Below, piece after piece: positions 26,306 through 32,535 of a stretch of 46,473 nt of DNA (position 1 is its first letter; each line of letters begins with the position of its first letter). The position numbers were made by a program, and so were the translations under genes. Source of the DNA: a virus. A model generated the notes under the pieces. The model had not been told where the DNA came from and searched no databases. It was given only the letters and a program-made list of their open reading frames with translations. Location: positions 1 through 46,473 of the IMG/VR virus record IMGVR_UViG_3300045988_102028; one strand, 5' to 3'.

Positions 26306-27235
26306 TTATCCAATCTTATTTGATTTTTCAATATTGCATTTTTGGCAAAGTAATTGTAAATTCTCCAAAGTTGTCGCCCCTCCTTTTGAAAATGGGATAA
26401 TATGATCCAGTTGGAGATTTTGTGCAGAGCCGCAGTATACGCACCGACCGCCGTCACGCTTATATACTGCATCAACTATTTCGCGGGGGATAGGTGGTCG
26501 TTTGGGTTGTTCTCCAAATAGTTCTCCGCTGTCAATTAATTCTTGTCTTACAATTTTTTCGAGTTGGCGTTTGCGGTATTTTTCTTTGATATGTTGTGCT
26601 ATTTCGGATTTTTCCTGCTGCTCTCGTTCTTCCCGCTCTTTTTTTATGATCTCTTCTTTATGCTCGTTATAATATCTTTTCCTTTCCAAACACTCTTGCC
26701 TATATCCCATATTGCGGTTGATGGAGCCTTGCAGTATAAAATACGAGTCTCGATCTCCGCCAGTATAAGCCATACTCCATGACTTTAATTCGATCGCAAT
26801 TTTTTTCGCAAGATCAGCATTAATGTTGTATGTCGCCGCTATATCCTCTATTGTGAAATCTATTGCCTTATTAACTTTGCCGAGATCTTTCCCTATGGTT
26901 TGAAAAACGTCTTCAAACTGTAGTCCAGAAAGGTCTTTTGGCGTTACACACTCTTGGAGTTTGGCATAGGATGTTTTTTCAAAATTAGAACTTTCGTTTC
27001 TTCTTTTTAACCGTTGCATTCTGCGTATACGATCATTAAGTTCAATGTCCCTATGCGTCCGTTCAATGGCTTGTTCCATTTGCTCGCCAAATTTAATACA
27101 GGCGTTCTTCAAATTATTAGAATGTTCTAGTTCTTGTGCTTTCCCTGCGTCTTGATTACTCCTCTTGCCAACATTGTATATAATAATAAACAAGATGTAA
27201 ATCCCGAACAAAACAAACGCTATTCCCGCACTCAT
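26306..27235 (-). CDS. Membrane-anchored HNH endonuclease (309 aa)
   Basis: N-terminal TM helix GIAFVLFGIYILFIIIYNV, charged coiled-coil middle, C-terminal HNH motif RCVYCGS...LQLDHIIPFSKGGATTLENLQLLCQKCNIEKSNK. Confidence 0.8.
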   Translation of the reverse strand: MSAGIAFVLFGIYILFIIIYNVGKRSNQDAGKAQELEHSNNLKNACIKFGEQMEQAIERTHRDIELNDRIRRMQRLKRRNESSNFEKTSYAKLQECVTPKDLSGLQFEDVFQTIGKDLGKVNKAIDFTIEDIAATYNINADLAKKIAIELKSWSMAYTGGDRDSYFILQGSINRNMGYRQECLERKRYYNEHKEEIIKKEREEREQQEKSEIAQHIKEKYRKRQLEKIVRQELIDSGELFGEQPKRPPIPREIVDAVYKRDGGRCVYCGSAQNLQLDHIIPFSKGGATTLENLQLLCQKCNIEKSNKIG

Positions 27236-27333
27236 TTGTAATAATATTTTACCCCTCCCCGAATACTCGGAGAGGGGCGTTATTTCTTTGTTCTATGGGG
27301 AAAGCCCGTATTCGTTATTTTTACCTCAAAAAT

Positions 27334-27343
27334 CCCCCCCCCC
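27334..27343. repeat. C10 homopolymer (G10 on the coding strand), about 100 nt upstream of the HNH gene
   Basis: Read directly: aaaaatcccccccccctcgg. Confidence 0.9.
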
Positions 27344-27483
27344 TCGGCTTTCTGCGCTACAATTATTTGTAGCACAATGTATTAATATATCTGAAAAGAA
27401 CATTTTTTGGCCCAGTGCAAAATTGCCCATTTTGAAAGGAGGGTGTTCGCCTCCTTTCGGGTGCAATCTGCACGATGAGCGCG

Positions 27484-27936
27484 TCACGGTTTATTCGTCA
27501 GTTCATCTTGCTTTTCTTTGACTGCACCCAACCGTCGAGAGAGGACTTCATCATCTCCCTGTTGAGTTAACTTCCGGATCAGGGCGTCTTTTTCTTTCAG
27601 TTGCTCCTTCATCGTGGCAAGCTGCTCTTTCAGGGTGTTGATGTAGTCCATTGTAAGTGGGTCCATCGTAGCCTGTGTGTTTGTTGGGTTAATAATAGTA
27701 TTATCTGTTTGGGTTGCCCCGGTATTATCTTTTAGCATGGACCCTTCGCCGGTCAGTAGCCACCCGATATTTAAATCGGGAAATGATTTTGCTATTTTAG
27801 ATTGGGCATCTATGCGTAGCGATTGGGTAGTGGGCTTAAATGTTGCATTCGGCAACCCTGATTCTCGCTCAATAGCTGCTTTGGTTGTTTTCTTGTGTTT
27901 TGCATAGATATTTATGCGCTCTACGATTGTACTCAT
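27484..27936 (-). CDS. CI-like repressor (HTH plus coiled coil)
   Basis: N-terminus IVERINIYAKHKKTTKAAIERESGLPNATF...NIGWLLTGEGSM (phage CI-type HTH hallmark WLLTGEG); divergent from the early operon. Confidence 0.75.
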   Translation of the reverse strand: MSTIVERINIYAKHKKTTKAAIERESGLPNATFKPTTQSLRIDAQSKIAKSFPDLNIGWLLTGEGSMLKDNTGATQTDNTIINPTNTQATMDPLTMDYINTLKEQLATMKEQLKEKDALIRKLTQQGDDEVLSRRLGAVKEKQDELTNKP

Positions 27937-28036
27937 AATATACTGAATGTTAAGTATTTTATAGTTTCTGCAAATTGCATAAATATTTATTATTATATTT
28001 TATGTCTATTTTACGCGGTATATTAGATTTTTAATC

Positions 28037-28044
28037 TATATTTG
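28037..28044 (+). promoter_or_regulatory. Early rightward promoter candidate (-7 box TATATTTG)
   Basis: Exact TAnnTTTG 43 nt upstream of ATG 28087 in the AT-rich divergent region; no clean -33 box. Confidence 0.45.
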
Positions 28045-28086
28045 CAATACCAAACAACGGGTAACGCACAAATATAGCAAAATAAA

Positions 28087-28326
28087 ATGAAAACCACCTA
28101 CAACCGCTCGAAAATCATGAAGAACGCATGGTATCTGAAAAAGGTGCAGCCGTCGATGACTTTCTCGGCCTGCCTCAAGAAAGCATGGCGCAACGAGAAA
28201 ATGCGCATGGTGAACTGCCTGATCGAGGGGCGCCCGATGGAGGAGCCGAAGGTTGCAGAGTGGCATCCGCTGGCAACTATCCCGGCTGACTACTACGGCA
28301 ACAGCAGAATGTACTACGGTGACTAA
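28087..28326 (+). CDS. Hypothetical early protein (79 aa)
   Basis: First ORF of the rightward operon. Confidence 0.55.
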   Translation: MKTTYNRSKIMKNAWYLKKVQPSMTFSACLKKAWRNEKMRMVNCLIEGRPMEEPKVAEWHPLATIPADYYGNSRMYYGD

Positions 28327-28343
28327 TCAAATACGATACGAAT

Positions 28344-28439
28344 ATGAACGAGATCACCCAATCGGCCGACCGCCTGACGGCCTTACTCGAAGAGCAGGCG
28401 GAATGTATCAAACGGATTCTTGAAATTTTAGACAAATAG
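28344..28439 (+). CDS. Possible small protein (31 aa)
   Basis: ATG 28344 to TAG 28437-28439 translates MNEITQSADRLTALLEEQAECIKRILEILDK; below the ORF-track cutoff. Confidence 0.3.
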   Translation: MNEITQSADRLTALLEEQAECIKRILEILDK

Positions 28440-28597
28440 CAGGATAAAAACGAAAAGGGGCCACATTCGGCCGATGAATACTGTTTCTATTCATGGCATA
28501 AAGGGTTAAAATGTTGGCGGCGCCAGTTTAACACCCCGGTCAGGGTGACCGCCAGCCCCGAGGGGCAAGATAAAAGTAGTTATTTATCCTGCTTTTT
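28439..28597 (+). ncRNA. Structured RNA element or compound terminator (five internal hairpins closed by a 10-bp stem plus U-run)
   Basis: GCAGGATAAA (28439-28448) pairs with TTTATCCTGC (28583-28592), then TTTTT. Internal helices: GGCC/GGCC, ATGAATA/TATTCAT, GGGTTAAA/TTTAAC(A)CC, GGTCA/TGACC, GCCC/GGGC. Confidence 0.45.
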
Positions 28598-28627
28598 AAA
28601 ATAAACACTTAACTAAATAGTCAAGCA

Positions 28628-28837
28628 ATGAAACTGAACAGGCCCATAAAGAAAATCGGATATGCGGATACGCTGCGTGCTATGCAAGTAGGCGATGAAC
28701 TTAAGGTAAAAATAAATGCACAAAATGCAACATCTTTTCGCCGGGCTCGGTTGTGGCTGAAGCGCAAAGGCGAGGGCGAATGGATGCAGGAAAGCAGTTC
28801 GAAGTTCGGATATGTAAAAATCGTACGGATCGCATAA
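28628..28837 (+). CDS. Hypothetical protein (69 aa)
   Basis: ORF with a plausible basic composition. Confidence 0.5.
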   Translation: MKLNRPIKKIGYADTLRAMQVGDELKVKINAQNATSFRRARLWLKRKGEGEWMQESSSKFGYVKIVRIA

Positions 28838-28898
28838 GCCGGGGCCGGGAGTTCCGGGTTGAAGAACTGATAGAGAATTAAACCAACAACACAACAAT

Positions 28899-29624
28899 AT
28901 GGAAACAAATTACAAAGAGGTAAAAGACAGCCTTCTGTCTTTCGGGAAAAGCCATTCGGCCTGCCAACATGAATACAAACGCCTTTATGCGGCGGAAAGC
29001 GTAGAGAGTGTTATGGAGGTTGTCAAAGACAATTTTTCTTGGTGCTGTCAGTATAAAGACTTTGCGGATGTTTTGATGGCGCATCGGGATCAGTTTGCCG
29101 AACACAAAATTTGGATCAATACCTCCGTAGAAATCAATGAAGGCATCGGATACCTGCTGACGACAGAGGGCGAATTTAACGCCACGAGCCTGGAAACCTC
29201 GACGATCAACGCCCGGAGCTGGGGAACCTCGACGATCAACGCCCGGAGCTGGGGAACCTCGACGATCAACGCCGAGAGCAGGGAAACCTCGACGATCAAC
29301 GCCGAGAGCTGGGGAACCTCGACGATCAACGCCACGAGCCGGGGACCCTCGACGATCAACGCCCGGAGCCGGGAAACCTCGACGATCAACGCCCGGAGCC
29401 GGGAAACCTCGACGATCAACGCCGAGAGCTGGGAAACCTCGACGATCAACGCCCGGAGCTGGGAAACCTCGACGATCAACGCCGAGAGCTGGGGAACCTC
29501 GACGATGATTCTACTCACATCCACTATTGAGTGCCAAGTAAATAATAGCAGTATTGCTCGATACATCGCCGAAAATAGGGTTGTATTCGCAGACGGTTCA
29601 ATGAAGTTTGAGAGGCGAAAGTGA
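28899..29624 (+). CDS. Tandem-decapeptide repeat protein (TSTINA-x-S-x-x, about 11 copies)
   Basis: 241-aa ORF with a unique N-terminal domain followed by ARSWGTSTIN-type repeats. Confidence 0.7.
   Translation: METNYKEVKDSLLSFGKSHSACQHEYKRLYAAESVESVMEVVKDNFSWCCQYKDFADVLMAHRDQFAEHKIWINTSVEINEGIGYLLTTEGEFNATSLETSTINARSWGTSTINARSWGTSTINAESRETSTINAESWGTSTINATSRGPSTINARSRETSTINARSRETSTINAESWETSTINARSWETSTINAESWGTSTMILLTSTIECQVNNSSIARYIAENRVVFADGSMKFERRK
29179..29506 (+). repeat. About 11 head-to-tail copies of a 30-bp unit (g[ga]aacctcgacgatcaacgccNNgagcNgg)
   Basis: Read directly; the differences fall at the same three codon positions in each unit. Confidence 0.9.
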
Positions 29625-29632
29625 TAAAATAG

Positions 29633-29829
29633 GAGTGTGTGGCGGAATGGTAGACGCTATTAAGCAGTAGCCCTCTGCTCTTACCTCAGACCCGTAGGAA
29701 ATGACGGGTGTCGGCTCAGGCGAATCAGAGCAAACAAACGCATAACAGGAGGTACTGGTGCAATTCCAGTGTTAAAAGGAGCGAATGAGCAGCACAATGG
29801 GTATGCAGGTTCGAATCCTGCCACACTCC
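29633..29829 (+). ncRNA. tRNA-Leu-like gene with a branched insert of about 110 nt in place of the anticodon arm
   Basis: 5' GAGTGTG-TG-GCGGAATGGTAGACGC; 3' GCAGG-TTCGAAT-CCTGC-CACACTC-C; 147 nt in between. Confidence 0.6.
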
Positions 29830-30140
29830 CAAAATAGCAGCCCGCAAGGGTTAGGGGTTTGATCGCTGGCAATAACCCCAACCGCAAGGCAGAAAGCGAT
29901 CCGGCAGTCGGAGCCACACCATTCCGACCGACGCTTGCAACGTAATTGCACTATGTGCCGCCATTGAGAAGATGCGGCCGCGAGTAAGCAAATAGCCGAA
30001 AAGCGCGAAAGACTGGCATAGGCTCCGAAGCTGCGATGACATGAGCGGCGAGGACCACCGGGATAAATAACGCATTATTATGCCCGGTGTGGTTTGAATG
30101 CACCTATCCGGGCTCCAATGCGGGCCGAGTGCACACGTTC
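29830..30140 (+). ncRNA. ORF-free, GNRA-rich, pseudoknotted structured RNA candidate
   Basis: GCAA, GAAA and GAAG loops on GC stems. GGGGTT/AACCCC hairpin whose loop GATCGCT pairs with AGCGATC 28 nt downstream. 7-bp CACCGGG/CCCGGTG helix. Confidence 0.4.
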
Positions 30141-30323
30141 TTTCAATCTATTGCATCTCTGTAATTTAAGTTTAGTGGTTATCACATTCCGCGCAAAGCC
30201 CGCTTTTATGCCCTGATGGCGTCCGTATGGATAACCAGTATCATCTGGCGTATACCACTATTCATTCGGTGAGCCTTGCCTTCGATGGCGTCAGGGCACA
30301 AAGAACCTTAAAATATCAAGACT

Positions 30324-30572
30324 ATGGAGAAAGATTTGAGAAAGCCACAGGCCTGCATCCTGGCCTACTTCATCAGAGGCGGTACGCTTACAGTCCAGAA
30401 AACGTTTCGGATGTTTCGCACAACAGAGCTGCGGAAGATCGTCACACGCCTCCGGCGCAAAGGCTATATCATCGTCGGCGACTGGTGTTACAGCCACGAC
30501 GCCGACAGAGGGCGGGTTGTCCGCTACAAAGAGTATCGTATGATTGTTCACCCTGAAATTGCACAAGTATGA
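30324..30572 (+). CDS. Small winged-helix-type DNA-binding protein (82 aa)
   Basis: CILAYFIRGGTLTVQKTFRMFRTTELRKIVTRLRRKGYII fits the small wHTH pattern (IL..L..G.LT...A...F....L..RI..LR..GY.I). Confidence 0.55.
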   Translation: MEKDLRKPQACILAYFIRGGTLTVQKTFRMFRTTELRKIVTRLRRKGYIIVGDWCYSHDADRGRVVRYKEYRMIVHPEIAQV

Positions 30573-30826
30573 AAAACAAGACATTCAGACCCCGGAAATT
30601 TCTGGGCATCGACTTCACGTCGAGGAAACGGTATCGCGCCGAGATCACGAGGCTGGAGCGTATGAATGCTGACCTTCAGCGAAGCTTCGCCGCGGGAGAA
30701 AAGGACCGATGTGACCTTCTGAAGAAGTGCGCAGCGGAACGCAACCTGCGTCTGGCCGCCGAGAACGAGCTGGCGAAATTCCGACGTAAGAGAGGTGCAA
30801 AGGGCCGGTTCGTCAAAATTGGATAG
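30569..30826 (+). CDS. Coiled-coil basic protein (85 aa)
   Basis: ATGA overlap with the upstream gene. Confidence 0.5.
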   Translation: MKNKTFRPRKFLGIDFTSRKRYRAEITRLERMNADLQRSFAAGEKDRCDLLKKCAAERNLRLAAENELAKFRRKRGAKGRFVKIG

Positions 30827-30886
30827 AAAACAGGTCGCGGACGCCTCAAAGTTCGCACGTTTGCATTTGGAGATAGTAGTTTGCGT

Positions 30887-30920
30887 CGCCCGTCATCCGT
30901 GAGGCCCGCGGGCGATATTT
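30887..30920 (+). terminator. Hairpin plus T-run after 30569..30826
   Basis: TCGCCCG-(14 nt)-CGGGCGA followed by TATTTT. Confidence 0.5.
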
Positions 30921-30921
30921 T

Positions 30922-31035
30922 GGAGGGTTAGCCCAGCGGATAGAGCGGTGCAGGAATGCGAAACAGAAACAATCGGGGGTTGCGAGACCCCGCATTTCCG
31001 GGCGCAGGACGGGAGTTCGAATCTCTCACCCTCCG
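30922..31035 (+). ncRNA. tRNA-shaped gene with the anticodon arm extended into a rod, an A-rich internal loop and an apical hairpin
   Basis: GGAGGGT-TA-GCCC-AGCGGATA-GAGC ... GGGAG-TTCGAAT-CTCTC-ACCCTCC-G, with 64 nt between the D and T arms. Confidence 0.6.
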
Positions 31036-31181
31036 CAACCCCTTTGTTGATGATGCAAGTAGAGCGACGATAGCGCAAGGGATTATTGCCGATTGCGCGG
31101 CAATGGCAAAGCGGAACAGACGCTTGACTCTATCGGACAGATTATACGAAAGCATCTGACGGCCGGGAAAGACCGGCACTT

Positions 31182-31252
31182 TGAGCTATAGTGTAACGGC
31201 AACACACCGCCCTTTGGAGGCGGTACTCCCGGTTCGAATCCGGGTGGCTCAA
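31182..31252 (+). tRNA. tRNA-Gln (anticodon UUG)
   Basis: TGAGCTA-TA-GTGT-AACGGCA-ACAC-A-CCGCC-CTTTGGA-GGCGG-TACT-CCCGG-TTCGAAT-CCGGG-TGGCTCA-A. Canonical 71-nt cloverleaf with the U1:A72 pair typical of bacterial tRNA-Gln. Confidence 0.85.
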
Positions 31253-31431
31253 CAGGGTACAATCCCTACGTTGTTAGTTTGATCGAGAGACCATCCAATC
31301 AACGGAAGCGAAAGAGAAGGTGTGACCTTCGAATATCCGACGCCGCGTGAAGCATAGTAGCAAGGCCGAGGCGGACGCCCACGAAACGGGCAAAGAACGC
31401 AAACCGGCGGTGCGGAATCCGTGTCGCCACC

Positions 31432-31464
31432 GCGGGGGATCGTCAGAAGTCCCCCGCATCTTTT
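31432..31464 (+). terminator. Rho-independent terminator closing the tRNA/RNA island transcript
   Basis: GCGGGGGA-TCGTCAGAAG-TCCCCCGC followed by ATCTTTT. Confidence 0.7.
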
Positions 31465-31485
31465 GAAATCAACAATCATCGATAT

Positions 31486-31650
31486 ATGCAGAACTATATC
31501 AAGGAACTCAAGGATAAGGGGCTCGTTCCCCTGCGCATAGACCGCAATACGGTGCTGTTCGTCCCTCCGGATAAAGCCAACGACAAGTACAGGGCCGAAT
31601 ACCTCAAAAACGCCGAGAGGTCTCGGAGGATGGCATTGAATTTGGGGTAA
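31486..31650 (+). CDS. Small protein (54 aa)
   Basis: Below the ORF-track cutoff; translates MQNYIKELKDKGLVPLRIDRNTVLFVPPDKANDKYRAEYLKNAERSRRMALNLG. Confidence 0.4.
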   Translation: MQNYIKELKDKGLVPLRIDRNTVLFVPPDKANDKYRAEYLKNAERSRRMALNLG

Positions 31651-31663
31651 ACGATAAGAGCTC

Positions 31664-31693
31664 AAAAAAAAGTGGAGTGTCCTACCACTCCAC
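31664..31693 (-). terminator. Terminator for the small minus-strand gene
   Basis: Minus strand reads GTGGAGTGG-TAGGA-CACTCCAC followed by TTTTTTTT. Confidence 0.6.
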
Positions 31694-31706
31694 GGGCGGC
31701 ATCTGT

Positions 31707-31844
31707 TTACGCTACGCTATCAACAGGTACCCATATACAAAAGGCCTTGGCCTTTTTGGGATATATTACTTTCCCATTTTTACGGATGTACTTGCAAAAT
31801 ACGAGCTTGCACAACTTGCCGTTTACGAATTTAGACGATTCCAT
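31707..31844 (-). CDS. Small basic protein (45 aa)
   Basis: AAGGAGG lies 8 nt upstream of ATG 31844; translates MESSKFVNGKLCKLVFCKYIRKNGKVIYPKKAKAFCIWVPVDSVA; followed by a terminator. Confidence 0.45.
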   Translation of the reverse strand: MESSKFVNGKLCKLVFCKYIRKNGKVIYPKKAKAFCIWVPVDSVA

Positions 31845-32110
31845 TAAAAACACCTCCTTTCTTTGTGGCCTTTCGGCCTAAAATCTTGCGTCCTACCGCA
31901 AGAGAAAACCCGGTAGTAGGATACCGGGTCTTTTGAAACATTGGAGCAAAGTAATAAAGCGAAAGGGGTTTGTTACTATGTCCTCGTCTAAATTCGTTGC
32001 AAATATAAGTGTATTGAACTACACATGCAACAAGTATAAAAAATTAGATACTTTGGCTTTACTTGATATAGGTAAAATCTATTTTACAATTACTCTAAAA
32101 TATTAATGTC

Positions 32111-32527
32111 ATGAAATTATTCACACACAAAGGGCCTTGGGACAACAATGGCACTACTTATTATGCTACCGGCTGGATTGCAATCGTCGCAGTTACCTGC
32201 TCCATCATCGCCATTTGTATGGTGGGATGCCCTTCGTACAATGTATGGCAGCAAGAAATGAGCGGCAAAGCGGAATTTGCCAAAGCTGAACAAAACCGCC
32301 GGATCAAGATCGAGGAGGCGAAAGCCAATCTGGAAGCCGAAAAACTCAATGCACAAGCCGAGATTGAACGGGCGAAAGGTGCGGCCGAGGCTATCCGCAT
32401 TGAGAACGGATCGATCACTCCGACCTACATTCAGTATTTATGGGTGCGCCAACAGAACAACGTCCCTAACAAGGTGGTCTATATTCCTACAGAAACTAAT
32501 CTGCCTATCTTGGAGGCAAAGAAATAG
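32111..32527 (+). CDS. Membrane protein with an SPFH/flotillin-like coiled region (138 aa)
   Basis: TM helix WIAIVAVTCSIIAICMVG, then AEQNRRIKIEEAKANLEAEKLNAQAEIERAKGAAEA. Confidence 0.6.
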   Translation: MKLFTHKGPWDNNGTTYYATGWIAIVAVTCSIIAICMVGCPSYNVWQQEMSGKAEFAKAEQNRRIKIEEAKANLEAEKLNAQAEIERAKGAAEAIRIENGSITPTYIQYLWVRQQNNVPNKVVYIPTETNLPILEAKK

Positions 32528-32535
32528 CAAAGGTT

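Noticed and set aside
29179-29506. The tandem 30-bp repeats might be a CRISPR array
   Set aside because: The units abut each other with no spacers. They are in frame inside a 241-aa ORF and encode a regular decapeptide repeat.
29658-29804. A group I intron in the tRNA-Leu-like gene, as in the cyanobacterial tRNA-Leu(UAA) genes
   Set aside because: The insert is only about 100-110 nt, and I cannot find the exon context (CU-U/AA loop) or a recognisable P3-P8/P7 core. It is kept as an open possibility for a covariance-model test, not called.
30099-30133. The RNase P RNA-like string CCGGGCTCCA (similar to the CR-I motif GUCCGGGCUCCA)
   Set aside because: The other universally conserved RNase P blocks (for example ACAGAA..CGGCUUA and the GGUAAGAGC region) are absent, and the region is too short.
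30227-30556. The 109-aa ORF overlapping 30324..30572
   Set aside because: The alternative frame (30324..30572) gives a recognisable small winged-helix pattern and is translationally coupled to the next gene. The 109-aa translation is low in complexity.
29681-31665. Minus-strand ORFs in the RNA island (29681..29917, 29851..30075, 30893..31078, 30928..31179, 31249..31665, 31274..31459) and plus-strand 30956..31159
   Set aside because: They run antisense to or across tRNA and tRNA-like genes and strong hairpins. Their composition is Arg/Pro/Ser/Gly-rich and low in complexity, and they have no start context. I treat them as chance ORFs in GC-rich structured DNA.
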